Assembly: GCA_963790025.1 (NCBI GenBank)
Contig: CAWBMP010000004.1
Coordinates: 384,001 to 448,000 of the forward strand
Origin: Nitrospirota bacterium
GTDB lineage: Bacteria; Nitrospirota; Thermodesulfovibrionia; Thermodesulfovibrionales; Dissulfurispiraceae
DNA: 64,000 nt
Reading direction: 5' to 3'
The notes beneath the pieces are model-generated. The model saw only the letters and a list, made by a program, of their open reading frames with translations, was not told the origin of the DNA and ran no database searches. The position numbers and the translations under genes were made by a program. Positions within the stretch are counted from its first letter, which is position 1. Every line of letters starts with the position of its first letter. Positions 30,793 to 40,601 of the stretch are shown one piece after another.

Positions 30793-32273
30793 TATTTTCT
30801 CACTGTTTTATTTATGCTCCCTGCCGTTTCTGCGGCTTTGACAGGCAGCGCAAACGCGAGGGCCTCTTCCATCCTCATTCCGCGCGATCCTTTTATCAAA
30901 ACGACGTCTCCCTGCCTGACAAGCCCGGCAAGCTCCATGCCTGCATCTTTCGCACTGCCCACAGCTAGGCCCTTCCCCTGAAAAACCTCCACCGCCCGCG
31001 ACATTAATGGGCCGACGCCTATAAGAATGTCAACGTGCAACCCTGAAAGCAACGTGCCCAGCTTTAAATGAGCTTCCGGGCTGCAGGGACCAAGTTCCAG
31101 CATGTCGCCGAGCACGGCAATGGCCCTCTTGCGCACAGGCCCTTCCTTTACGCGCCTCACCAGTTCTCTGACCGATTCTTCCATGGATGAAGGGTTGGCA
31201 TTATAAGCATCATTGATATATGTGACGTTCCCGTGTTCCATAACTTCCAGCCTCATTGGAACACCGTTAAAGGCTTCGAGGCCCTTTTTGATGGCATCGA
31301 GATCAGAGCCCATAGAATACGCAGTGGCCGCTGCCGCAAGGGAATTATATACATTAAAATGCCCTGAAAGTCTGGACTCGACCACAATCCGGCCGCCGCC
31401 TGCGCACAGCGTAAATCTTGTTCCCCTGTCCGAAAGCCCTATCCCTTCCGCCCTTACTTCTGCCGTGCCGGTTTCGATACCGAAGTGTATGAGCTGTCCC
31501 CTAAATCTATTTTCAATGCCTGCCATGAGAAATGAATCATCCGCATTTACAATCAATTTTTTCACATAAGGCAATAACTCAAGTTCCGAATCCCTGACTG
31601 TGTCCAACGATCCGAACCCTTCGAGGTGCTCTTGCCCGATATTGGTAATAACTCCTGTCTCCGGCAACCCGATAGCGCAAAGCTCATCGATATCGCCGGG
31701 TTTATTGGTCCCCATTTCAAGCACCATTACCCCTGTATCCTCCCGCACCTTAGTTATGGAAAGGGGCATACCGATATGGTTGTTGAAATTGCCCGACGTT
31801 TTAAGCACACTCAGGCTTACTCCTAGAATTGATGCGATAAGCTCTTTAGTCGTGGTCTTGCCATTGCTGCCGATAACACCGATAACGCTGCCCTTGAACC
31901 CTTTTCTTACTGAACGCGCTATGGCATGCAAAGCGGTGAGAGTATCATCAACAATAATTATGCTCTTACCGGGGTACCAGCGAGTTGCTGCTGACACCCC
32001 CGATTCTACGATCATAGCTTTTAAAGGGGACCAGTTGCGGCTGATCATCGCTCCTGCTCCGGTCTCAAGCGCGTTCTGAAAAAAATCGTGGCCGTCGAAG
32101 CGGTCGCCTTTCAAAGCTAAAAACAATTCACCAGGCCTGATAGTCCTCGAATCTATCGAGATATCCTGGAACAGGATATCCTCTGCAAGATCCGCCGCCG
32201 TCCGGGGCCCTGCCGCATCACCCGTGATTATGGACCCCCCGGTTGCGGCAAGTATGTGCTTGGCGCTCAGCAT
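30792..32273 (-). CDS. murF: UDP-MurNAc-tripeptide--D-Ala-D-Ala ligase
   Basis: SIDSR, GSNGKTTTKE, NFNNHIGMP, NDAYNANP, LGDMLELG and KGSRG motifs. Confidence 0.98.
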   Translation of the reverse strand: MLSAKHILAATGGSIITGDAAGPRTAADLAEDILFQDISIDSRTIRPGELFLALKGDRFDGHDFFQNALETGAGAMISRNWSPLKAMIVESGVSAATRWYPGKSIIIVDDTLTALHAIARSVRKGFKGSVIGVIGSNGKTTTKELIASILGVSLSVLKTSGNFNNHIGMPLSITKVREDTGVMVLEMGTNKPGDIDELCAIGLPETGVITNIGQEHLEGFGSLDTVRDSELELLPYVKKLIVNADDSFLMAGIENRFRGQLIHFGIETGTAEVRAEGIGLSDRGTRFTLCAGGGRIVVESRLSGHFNVYNSLAAAATAYSMGSDLDAIKKGLEAFNGVPMRLEVMEHGNVTYINDAYNANPSSMEESVRELVRRVKEGPVRKRAIAVLGDMLELGPCSPEAHLKLGTLLSGLHVDILIGVGPLMSRAVEVFQGKGLAVGSAKDAGMELAGLVRQGDVVLIKGSRGMRMEEALAFALPVKAAETAGSINKTVRK

Positions 32274-32327
32274 TAATCAAAACCTGCACGGCTAATAATA
32301 TGAAAACTGCAAATCATATTTCTTCCG

Positions 32328-33989
32328 TCAGCAGGCACATTCTTTATTATTTTGATGAGGAGTATATATGCCGGCAAAAGTACTCCCTCCGCCAAACGCA
32401 GGCCTGTTGATGGTCCGCCTGATAGCATCTTCAAGGGCGTTCTTATCGCTGAAATTATGACGTATGCCCTGAATTTCCTGATATTCTTCATGGCCTTTGC
32501 CGGCTACCAGCACTATATCTCCCGACGAAGCCAGTTCTACAGCCATGCTGATGGCAACGTTCCTGTCCGGAATCACAATATAGTTATCGCCTTTTATACC
32601 TCTTTCTATATCTTTTATGATGGCCTTGGGGTCCTCGTTCCTGGGATTGTCCGAGGTGACAATGACAAAATCGCTCAGCCTGGAGGCGATTTCTCCCATT
32701 TTTGAGCGTTTTCCTTTGTCCCTGTTTCCTCCGCAGCCCAGAACAGTAATGATCTTCCCGTTTTCCTGCGGCCCGGGTTCCCGAGTCTCGGAAATGCCAA
32801 ACCTCCGCCTCCTTTGTTTCATGCTTTTTTCCATTTTCTCGCAAAAACGGTATGCCTTCAGTAATTGACGGGCCGTCAGCAAGAGTCGCTCAAGGGCATC
32901 TTCGGTATGTGCATAATCCACTACTGCGAGAAAGTCCTGTCCCAGATCAACCTTCTCAAACCTCCCTTTAACCAATGCAGCCATGGCAATTCCCTCCTGT
33001 ATGATTTTAATAGGTATATTTAGAGATAAAGCCGCGCACAAGGCGGCAAGAATATTATATGCATTTGTTTGACCTACCAATAGAGAGATGATTTCCGTCA
33101 CCCTCCCCTCTAAAAGTGTTTTGAATGAAGTTCCCTCAAATGATGCCTTCATTTCATAGGCTGTAACATCCGCCTCTTTATTATCGAGTCCGCAGGTGAC
33201 AACCTTGATTCCAGGTCTCCGGCTCCTTAATATATCTGCAAGCTGTATTCCATAAGCATCATCTATATTGATGACCGCAGTTCCGTCCTCAGCCAGCAGT
33301 TCGGTGAACAGACGCTCTTTTGCCTTGAAATATTCCTCCATAGTCGCGTGATAATCAAGATGGTCTCTTGTAAGATTCATAAACACCGCGACCCTGAAGC
33401 GCGTATAATCCACCCTTTTTTGGGCAAGGGCATGCGACGAAACCTCCGTAACAACATATTCGCATGCGCTCTCCCTCATCTCTCTGAGAAGGGACTGGAA
33501 GTCGGGGGCCTCTGGTGTGGTGTGGGGGGCCTCATAGATGAGGTCCTTGATCAAATAACTTATAGTCCCTATAAGTCCGACCTCTTTTCCCCACCGCTCC
33601 AGTATGGACTTGAGCAAATATGAAGTAGTTGTTTTGCCGTTAGTGCCTGTGATGCCGACGACAACCAGTTCACCGGAGGGACTGCCGTAAAAGCTATCAG
33701 CGACACGCGCAAGGGCATCCCTGGCATCGGCAACTCGTATCCAGGCAACTTCAGGATATTTTCTTTCCAGGGCTTTTTCATCACACTCACACATAACTGC
33801 AACTGCACCCCTTGTAATAGCATCCTCTATGAAATTCCTTCCGTCGAATTTTTCGCCCTTCAATGCAACAAACAGTTCTCCTCCCTTGACCATCCTGGAA
33901 TCGTATACAACGCCCGAAATGTATTTTTCGGAATCTCCTGTTATCTCAAAAGTATGGTTGATTACATCACTTATTTTTGTTTTTCTCAT
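32328..33989 (-). CDS. murE: UDP-MurNAc-L-Ala-D-Glu--meso-DAP ligase
   Basis: GTNGKTT, TTPE, EVSSHAL, VDYAHT and DNPR (meso-DAP-type) motifs. Confidence 0.98.
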   Translation of the reverse strand: MRKTKISDVINHTFEITGDSEKYISGVVYDSRMVKGGELFVALKGEKFDGRNFIEDAITRGAVAVMCECDEKALERKYPEVAWIRVADARDALARVADSFYGSPSGELVVVGITGTNGKTTTSYLLKSILERWGKEVGLIGTISYLIKDLIYEAPHTTPEAPDFQSLLREMRESACEYVVTEVSSHALAQKRVDYTRFRVAVFMNLTRDHLDYHATMEEYFKAKERLFTELLAEDGTAVINIDDAYGIQLADILRSRRPGIKVVTCGLDNKEADVTAYEMKASFEGTSFKTLLEGRVTEIISLLVGQTNAYNILAALCAALSLNIPIKIIQEGIAMAALVKGRFEKVDLGQDFLAVVDYAHTEDALERLLLTARQLLKAYRFCEKMEKSMKQRRRRFGISETREPGPQENGKIITVLGCGGNRDKGKRSKMGEIASRLSDFVIVTSDNPRNEDPKAIIKDIERGIKGDNYIVIPDRNVAISMAVELASSGDIVLVAGKGHEEYQEIQGIRHNFSDKNALEDAIRRTINRPAFGGGSTFAGIYTPHQNNKECAC

Positions 33990-33996
33990 CTTATGA

Positions 33997-34048
33997 CTAC
34001 CTTTGCCTTTAATTTACCTATTGTCTGTTACCCATTGCCTATAGTCTG
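33997..34048. repeat. One-armed hexamer/heptamer repeat tract between ftsI and murE
   Basis: TTACCTA TTGTCTG TTACCCA TTGCCTA TAGTCTG (34014-34048); TACCTTTGCCTTTA (33998-34011) is identical to 42434-42447. Confidence 0.6.
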
Positions 34049-34051
34049 CCA

Positions 34052-35758
34052 TCATTTTTTTTCATTTTCTGTGACAACCAGAAGTCTTTTCTCCCGCGAG
34101 TCATCTCTCGGCACACTTAAATATGAGAGAGCTTCATTTGCGATCCTTTTAAAGACGGGGCCTGCTACCACTCCGCCGTAAATGGCGCCCTTCGGCTCAT
34201 GAATTACCACGATCATTGCGATCCTCGGGCCGTCAGCCGGTACAAACCCGACAAAAGAACTGATGTATTTATCTTTCGAATATTTTTTGGTTGTGGGATC
34301 TATCAGTTGTGCGGTACCGGTCTTTCCGGCTACCTGATTACCATCAATTGCCGCGTCCGTTGCTGTTCCGCCTTCCTCTGTGACGCCTTTCAAAATGTTT
34401 TTAAAAGTCGTCATCGTACGTTCCGAAAAAATTCTTGGAGCTTCATAGGAGGCCTTATAAAAGACCGTCCCGGCTGGAGACCTGATTTCCGAGACAACAT
34501 GCGGCCTGACAAAGAATCCTCCGTTGGCAATTACTGAATATGCCCGCAATACCTGCATGGGCGTCACGGCGACCTCCTGCCCGATAGATATGGCCCCTAT
34601 AGACATCCCTGACCACCGGTTGGGCGGTCTTATCCTTCCCGCAACCTCCCCGCCCAGATCGAATCCGGTCTTTTCGCCAAAGCCGAATTTCTTGATATAG
34701 CTGTAAATCTTGTCCCTGCCCAGGTTCAATCCAGTCTTGATGGTCCCGACATTAGACGACTTCTGAATAACCTCTTTGAACGTAAGAACACCATGCCTTT
34801 CCGCATCCTTTATCTTTCTGCCTCCGACCTCTATATAGCCGGCACTACAGTCAATTCGTGTATCAGGGCTTACAATCCCCTCTTCAAGAGCGGCAGTACC
34901 TACAATTACCTTAAATGTGGAGCCCGGCTCATAACAGTCCGTGACGGCCCTGTTTCTCCTTTGTGCTGCTGTGACGCCTGCAGGATTGTTCAAGTCGAAG
35001 GTCGGCCTGCTGGCCATTGCAAGTACTTCACCGGTATACGGGTCCATCATTATCACGGTTGCCGAGGCGGCCCTCCATCGCTCTACAGCCTCGTCAAGAT
35101 GCTTTTCTACTATATATTGCAACCCCTCATCGATGGTAAGTGTTATGTTGTTGCCTTTAATTTCTCTGCTGATCCCATCAGAAAGCGCGTTACCCCTGGC
35201 ATCCCTGAGGACCAATATCCGTTCACTCACTGCGGACAGAGACTTGTCATAAGCCTTCTCGACGCCTTCAAGGCCGTTGTTGTCGATTCCGACAAACCCG
35301 ATAATATGCGAGGCAAGGCTTCCTTTGGGATAAAATCTCTTGATGTCGGGAACAAAACCGATACCTTTTATTTTCAAGGCCCTTATGCGACGCGTCTCCT
35401 CGATGTTTGCTTTTCTTTCGATCCAGTTAAACCTGGTGTTTGCCGACAGGCTGGTAAGAATAATATCCGGTTTCTTATTGATTGTCTGAGACAGGACAGC
35501 GGCAATCCGGCCGGGCGACCCTATTTCCGAGGGATCACAATATATCGATTCCGTATCGAGATTGATCGCAAGCTCTCTGCCTTTCCTGTCCAGAATAATA
35601 CCCCGTTTAACCGGTATGATCTCTTTTTTAATCTGCTGACCTCTTGCCTTGTCAAGATACCACTGGTGATTTAAGAGCATAATATCGGCGAGACGGCCAA
35701 TTACTGCAAGGAAGCCGAATGCTATAACAGCGCTCACAATAACGGCCCTTTTCTTCAT
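34052..35758 (-). CDS. ftsI: Class B penicillin-binding protein (PBP3)
   Basis: RGIILDR, EPGSTFK (SxxK), SSN and AGKTGTAQ motifs; dcw position. Confidence 0.96.
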   Translation of the reverse strand: MKKRAVIVSAVIAFGFLAVIGRLADIMLLNHQWYLDKARGQQIKKEIIPVKRGIILDRKGRELAINLDTESIYCDPSEIGSPGRIAAVLSQTINKKPDIILTSLSANTRFNWIERKANIEETRRIRALKIKGIGFVPDIKRFYPKGSLASHIIGFVGIDNNGLEGVEKAYDKSLSAVSERILVLRDARGNALSDGISREIKGNNITLTIDEGLQYIVEKHLDEAVERWRAASATVIMMDPYTGEVLAMASRPTFDLNNPAGVTAAQRRNRAVTDCYEPGSTFKVIVGTAALEEGIVSPDTRIDCSAGYIEVGGRKIKDAERHGVLTFKEVIQKSSNVGTIKTGLNLGRDKIYSYIKKFGFGEKTGFDLGGEVAGRIRPPNRWSGMSIGAISIGQEVAVTPMQVLRAYSVIANGGFFVRPHVVSEIRSPAGTVFYKASYEAPRIFSERTMTTFKNILKGVTEEGGTATDAAIDGNQVAGKTGTAQLIDPTTKKYSKDKYISSFVGFVPADGPRIAMIVVIHEPKGAIYGGVVAGPVFKRIANEALSYLSVPRDDSREKRLLVVTENEKK

Positions 35759-35803
35759 AGTCCCACGCCATCGCTCCCTAAAAGTTTATGAGTGGACATA
35801 TAC

Positions 35804-36139
35804 TCATTCACTTTTTGTCGTCAGGGAAGCCCTGTAGCTGTCTCGCTCTCCGGATGTCTTCACATAAACCACCCTGACCCTGTCGGGAAATCCAAAACAG
35901 GTCCCGTTCGAGGCGACATTCTGGATCTTCCCGATATTAAGAATATTTGCCTGTTCTGCGGTAAGGACCATCGTCTCCCTAACAAGTTCCGATCTCTTCC
36001 GTTCGAGGTCGCTCAGCGAATACTCAAGCGATACTACGCTCGACCGGAGCCAAACCACTCCGAAAATAAGGAAGAGCAGCAGCAGCAGGGAAACAGGTTT
36101 CAGTGCCGTTATAAACCGGTTCTTTTTTCTTAGTCTCAT
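35804..36139 (-). CDS. ftsL: Cell division protein FtsL-like
   Basis: Short basic N-terminus, one TM helix and a coiled coil; located between rsmH and ftsI. Confidence 0.75.
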   Translation of the reverse strand: MRLRKKNRFITALKPVSLLLLLFLIFGVVWLRSSVVSLEYSLSDLERKRSELVRETMVLTAEQANILNIGKIQNVASNGTCFGFPDRVRVVYVKTSGERDSYRASLTTKSE

Positions 36140-37005
36140 ATTTTCTCTGCCCCTCTTAGTTTTGCACTCCTAGAAGAAGGATTGCCTTGAACTTCATCAA
36201 ATGAGGGCGTGACCGGTTTTTTGGTCAAAACCCTCACAAGTCCGGCATGGGCGTTATCCCTTAAAAAATTTTTTACAATCCTGTCCTCCAGGGAGTGATA
36301 TGAGATTACCGCCATCCTGCCGCCCGGTTTCAGGGCGGAGAGTGCTGCGGCAAGGCCCAGTTTAAGTTCATCCAGTTCCCTGTTGACCTCTATCCTCAAC
36401 GCCTGGAAAGTCAGCGTGGCAGGATGCATTTTCCCTCTCTTCCCGTAAATACCTGCAATAAAGTCCGCAAGCGCACTGCAGGTCTCAAAGGGACTTTTTT
36501 TCCGCTGTGCAACCAGCGCCTTTGCTATCTTCACTGCACAGGGTTCCTCTCCGTATTCTTTCAGTATCCTCCGCAGGTCCTTTTCCGTGTACCTGTTGAC
36601 CACATCCCAGGCCGAAAGTCGCTGAGAGGCATCCATCCTCATATCGAGTCTTTCGGTAGATGCAAAACTGAAACCGCGGGAGTAATCCTTCAACTGAAGC
36701 ATGGAGACGCCGAGATCGAAGAGCACCCCTTCGGCCTCTTTTATATTCAGGTTCGCGAGTATGTCCTTCATTTCAGAAAAACTTCCCTTGCAAAGGTGTG
36801 CGCGGCTGTTGCCGATCAGTTCGCGGGAGCGCTGCAGCGCGTCGTCGTCCCGGTCTATTCCGACAAGGACGCCACGTGCTCCGATTCTTGAAAGTATTTC
36901 GGCCGCATGACCGCCAAGGCCCACAGTGGCGTCTACGTAGATACCGTTTTCCCTGACATCAAGTATCTCCATAATTTCCCTCGTCAAAACTGGAATGTGG
37001 ATCAT
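36136..37005 (-). CDS. rsmH: 16S rRNA m4C1402 methyltransferase
   Basis: HIPVL, DATVGLGGH, DLGVS, LDMRM, FQALRIEVN and SRSAKLR motifs. Confidence 0.98.
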   Translation of the reverse strand: MIHIPVLTREIMEILDVRENGIYVDATVGLGGHAAEILSRIGARGVLVGIDRDDDALQRSRELIGNSRAHLCKGSFSEMKDILANLNIKEAEGVLFDLGVSMLQLKDYSRGFSFASTERLDMRMDASQRLSAWDVVNRYTEKDLRRILKEYGEEPCAVKIAKALVAQRKKSPFETCSALADFIAGIYGKRGKMHPATLTFQALRIEVNRELDELKLGLAAALSALKPGGRMAVISYHSLEDRIVKNFLRDNAHAGLVRVLTKKPVTPSFDEVQGNPSSRSAKLRGAEKI

Positions 37006-37017
37006 TCCATACAGACA

Positions 37018-37473
37018 CTACAAGCCGTAACCGGCAAGCACTGTTTCAAATGTTTTTGCGTCGACCTTCGAAGGATCGGTCACCGCGTTCCATTCACCCT
37101 TGTCCCATATCTCGATCTTGTCCAGTTGTCCCACAATCACCACCTCGCCGCTTATGCCGGCATCCTCTCTGTGGGGAACAGGAATGAGCACTCTGCCCTG
37201 CTTGTCAATCTCACACTCCTGAACGGAAGCAATGACCCTTCTCAGAAAGTATTTCACTGCCTCCTCCATCTTGGGCAATGTCCGTATTTTCTCCTCCATC
37301 CTGTTCCATTCTTCGAGCGGATATATGTGAAGACACTTGTCAAAAGCGGCATTGGTGATATATAGTTTTGAATTATTATATTTTTTAAAAATAATGTCAC
37401 GGAGAGGCGCCGGGATGATAATTCTCCCTTTTGGGTCTAATGCATAATAATATTTCCCCAAAAACGACGACAT
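37018..37473 (-). CDS. mraZ: Division/cell wall cluster transcriptional repressor MraZ
   Basis: Two DxKGR/DKQGR SpoVT-AbrB repeats; start at MSSFLGKY after GGAGG. Confidence 0.97.
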   Translation of the reverse strand: MSSFLGKYYYALDPKGRIIIPAPLRDIIFKKYNNSKLYITNAAFDKCLHIYPLEEWNRMEEKIRTLPKMEEAVKYFLRRVIASVQECEIDKQGRVLIPVPHREDAGISGEVVIVGQLDKIEIWDKGEWNAVTDPSKVDAKTFETVLAGYGL

Positions 37474-37479
37474 CGATAT

Positions 37480-37509
37480 TTTCCTCCACTTTCTACCACA
37501 ATTTACCAC
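37480..37509 (-). promoter_or_regulatory. MraZ-binding direct repeats (dcw box)
   Basis: Minus strand reads GTGGTAAATT GTGGTAGAAA GTGGAGGAAA: three GTGG units at 10-nt period just downstream of the -10 element. Confidence 0.85.
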
Positions 37510-37511
37510 TA

Positions 37512-37540
37512 ATAATATGTATTATTATCGTATTTGTCAA
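37512..37540 (-). promoter_or_regulatory. Sigma-70 promoter of the dcw operon
   Basis: TTGACA (37540-37535), 17-nt spacer, TATTAT (37517-37512). Confidence 0.85.
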
Positions 37541-37598
37541 GAGAAAAAATAGTTTTTTTCAACAAATGCTATATTATGTGGCCTTGTTATATCTCAAA

Positions 37599-37614
37599 CC
37601 ACTACATATAGTGC
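37599..37614. promoter_or_regulatory. NrdR-box-like palindrome
   Basis: CCACTACATATAGTGC matches ACACWATATATWGTGT at 13/16; a weaker copy lies at 37566-37581. Confidence 0.45.
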
Positions 37615-37634
37615 ATTGGATTGAGTAAAAAGAA

Positions 37635-38768
37635 ATGTTTTCAAAGAAATTGAAAGCCCTTGAAGAGGAAGGACTGCTGCGGCATATTAAAGACCCGGAC
37701 GGCAGAACAATGCCGTACATGACTATCGAGGGGCACGTCTATATCAATTTTGCGTCCAACGACTATCTGGGCCTTGCAGACGCCGCTCCACTCAGGGATG
37801 CTGCCACACATGCGATCGCCGAATTCGGGTTCGGCGCAGGCGCGTCACGGCTCCTGTCCGGCGGCACAAAACTCCACACTGCGCTCGAAAAGGCAATAGC
37901 CGCATTCAAGGAAACGGAGGCCGCGTTGGTCTTCAATTCGGGCTACACAGCCAATATCAGCACTGTGCCCTCTATTGCCGGCGAAGGCGATATAATTTTC
38001 AGCGACGAGTTTAATCACGCAAGCCTTATCGACGCGTGCAGGCTGAGCAGGGCGCAAAAGGCAATCTACAGGCACCGGGATAAGGCCCATTTAAAAGAAC
38101 TGATGCAGGGAGCAAAAGCCAACAGAAAAATAGTCGTTACCGATACCGTATTCAGCATGGACGGTGACATCGCTCCCTTAGTGGAGATTGCCGGGCTTTG
38201 TAAGGACCATGGTGCGCTGCTGTATCTGGATGACGCCCACGGTACGGGAGTCCTGGGGAACGGCCGGGGCGCACTGGCACATTTTTGCATATCACCCGAG
38301 CCCTGGATAATCCAGATGGGGACGTTTTCCAAGGCATTAGGTTCTTATGGCGCGTTTATTGCCGCTGACACAAGCACAATCGAGTGGCTCGTCAATACAG
38401 CAAGGGGATTGATCTATTCTACGGCACTCCCCTCCTGCATTATTGCTGCCTCGCTGGAGGCGCTGCAGCTCATCCAGTCTGAAAAATCTCTGGTCAGCAA
38501 GCTTTGGCAAAACAGAGAGACGCTCTTCAAAGGCATTCGGGCCCTGGGATTAGACACCATGTCCAGTGAGACACCCATAATCCCGATACTGGCAGGGGAC
38601 GTGAAAAAGACAATGGATATTTCCGGTGCGCTGCTTAGACGCCTTGTTTATTGCCCTGCAATAAGACCGCCGACAGTAACTAAGCCGCGCATAAGGGTGA
38701 CCGTGACGGCTGCACACAGTGAAGAGGACATCGATACGCTGCTCAAAGCGCTGGAAGAGATTATTTAA
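37635..38768 (+). CDS. bioF: 8-amino-7-oxononanoate synthase
   Basis: FASNDYLGL, GAGASRLLSG, NHASLIDA, VFSMDGD, DDAHG, GTFSKALG and AIRPPTV motifs. Confidence 0.92.
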   Translation: MFSKKLKALEEEGLLRHIKDPDGRTMPYMTIEGHVYINFASNDYLGLADAAPLRDAATHAIAEFGFGAGASRLLSGGTKLHTALEKAIAAFKETEAALVFNSGYTANISTVPSIAGEGDIIFSDEFNHASLIDACRLSRAQKAIYRHRDKAHLKELMQGAKANRKIVVTDTVFSMDGDIAPLVEIAGLCKDHGALLYLDDAHGTGVLGNGRGALAHFCISPEPWIIQMGTFSKALGSYGAFIAADTSTIEWLVNTARGLIYSTALPSCIIAASLEALQLIQSEKSLVSKLWQNRETLFKGIRALGLDTMSSETPIIPILAGDVKKTMDISGALLRRLVYCPAIRPPTVTKPRIRVTVTAAHSEEDIDTLLKALEEII

Positions 38769-38773
38769 GGGGA

Positions 38774-40477
38774 TTATATCTCTTTTGTCTTTGGAAGTGT
38801 AAAGTAAAATGTGGCGCCCTGTTCCACAGCCCCTTCGGCCCAGGTCCTTCCGCCATGGCGGGAAATAATGCGCCGGACATTCGCAAGACCTATGCCCGTG
38901 CCTTCAAATTCGTCCTGCGCATGGAGACGCTGGAATACGCCGAAGAGTCTATCTGCCTGTTTCATGTCAAACCCTGCGCCGTTGTCCTTGACGAAAAAGA
39001 TAAATTCGTCTCCCTCTTCTTTATACCCGAACCTGATTTCAGCCCTGGAACAGGTGCTTGTATACTTGACCGCATTTGAAATGAGATTTACGAGCACCAG
39101 TTTCAACATAGATTGGTCACCGTAAACATCCGGCAGTTCGTCGATTTCCCATTTAATGTCCCGACCCTTTACTTCATCCTGAATTTCACGGAGAGTGTTT
39201 TTTAAGAGGGTATTGAAATTTACTTTCCTGTTTTGCATCTCCGCACGTCCCATGTGCGAGAAGGAGAGCAGATCATCTACAAGCATTTCCATCTTTTTTG
39301 AAGCCTGAACTATTGCAACCATATAGTCATGATTTTTTTTATCAGGGTCGTCAAACAGTCTTTTCTGCAGCAGTTTGACAAAGCCGGACATATGCCGCAA
39401 GGGCGCCCGAAGGTCGTGGGAAACCGAATAGCTGAAGGCCTCAAGCTCTTTGTTTGCAGCTTCCAGCTTATCGTTTGTCTCTTTTAATTGAGCGGTCCGT
39501 TTGTCAACCCTTGCTTCCAGCTCCTCAGCGAACTTCTGCAGTGAATAAATCAAAACCGATCGCTTATAGGCAAAATAACCGCCTGTCAAAAGCATTATTG
39601 ATGCAAACACAAAAAGCCCAAAGTTGACCCTTTTTAGTGGTCCGAAGACCTCCTTTTCCGGCCTCTCTACCACGACTCCCCATCCGTATCCTTCAATGCA
39701 GCGGTATGCGGTAAGCACGCGCTCTCCATCCGGCTTTGCAAATATTCCAGCCCCTGTCTGTCCTTTCCTGACTCTCTGCACAGCGGGAAAATCGGAGGTA
39801 TCAATTGCTCTGTCTATCATGTATTTGGAATGGTATAAAAGATTTCCATTCTTATCGACCACATAAGTTATCTGATTTTGCTGGACAGGTAAACTTGCCA
39901 GTATGTTTTTAAGATAATTCACTTCCGGCTGTAATACAAGAACCCCTATAATGCTTTTATCATCAGCCCTTAAAGGTACGGCAATGGCAAAAAGATACCT
40001 CTGCGGCTTAGCAGTTCGCAGATAACCCCCGGAGACATAAGGAAGCCATTTTTTAGAAACCCCTTTATACCAGTCTCTCTGAGAGACATCCATATTGAGA
40101 ACGGAAGGATCAGATGGATAATCGGCAAGCACTTTCCCCCTGGGATTTGTTATATATGCTCTGTCCACGGCAATCGAATTATCAATGAAATCCTTCAGGT
40201 GCCTTATCAACTCTTCTCTGTCAGTCCCTTTTATCGCACTCCTTAGGCGCGGTCTTGAAGCAAGGAGATTGCCTAAGCGTATTTCATCACCTAAAGCGTC
40301 CTTTATACGTTCTGAGACAATAATAGCGGACTGTTGGTCCTCTTTTATAACGTCGTTTTTAATATAGCCGGCAGTCTGAAGGCGAACAAACAAGGTAAGT
40401 CCGATGATAGGGACTGCGGTAATAATCAGTCCCGATATGATCACCCGCCATTTTTTATCAGATAACCACCGCTTCAT
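38774..40477 (-). CDS. Sensor histidine kinase (dCache periplasmic sensor, HisKA, HATPase)
   Basis: Two TM helices flanking a Cache domain (RDWYK, YVVDKNG, WGVVVE); AFSYSVSHDLRAPL H-box. Confidence 0.95.
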   Translation of the reverse strand: MKRWLSDKKWRVIISGLIITAVPIIGLTLFVRLQTAGYIKNDVIKEDQQSAIIVSERIKDALGDEIRLGNLLASRPRLRSAIKGTDREELIRHLKDFIDNSIAVDRAYITNPRGKVLADYPSDPSVLNMDVSQRDWYKGVSKKWLPYVSGGYLRTAKPQRYLFAIAVPLRADDKSIIGVLVLQPEVNYLKNILASLPVQQNQITYVVDKNGNLLYHSKYMIDRAIDTSDFPAVQRVRKGQTGAGIFAKPDGERVLTAYRCIEGYGWGVVVERPEKEVFGPLKRVNFGLFVFASIMLLTGGYFAYKRSVLIYSLQKFAEELEARVDKRTAQLKETNDKLEAANKELEAFSYSVSHDLRAPLRHMSGFVKLLQKRLFDDPDKKNHDYMVAIVQASKKMEMLVDDLLSFSHMGRAEMQNRKVNFNTLLKNTLREIQDEVKGRDIKWEIDELPDVYGDQSMLKLVLVNLISNAVKYTSTCSRAEIRFGYKEEGDEFIFFVKDNGAGFDMKQADRLFGVFQRLHAQDEFEGTGIGLANVRRIISRHGGRTWAEGAVEQGATFYFTLPKTKEI

Positions 40478-40601
40478 TAAATCTCCTTAGAAACATATCT
40501 ATTATTACTACGATTAAAACTACAACATAAATATGATTTATGCAACATGCCGCCCGGTGCCCATTTGCGAAATGGGGGCGTTTCTGTTATATTGTCTCTC
40601 T

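Noticed and set aside
37534..37565. BirA operator upstream of bioF
   Set aside because: The second half-site is poor, and the first half is simply the reverse complement of the mraZ -35 box.
37635..38768. Serine palmitoyltransferase (given hpnI and ino1 nearby)
   Set aside because: GAGASRL and AIRPPTV motifs favour BioF, and there are no sphingolipid partner genes adjacent.
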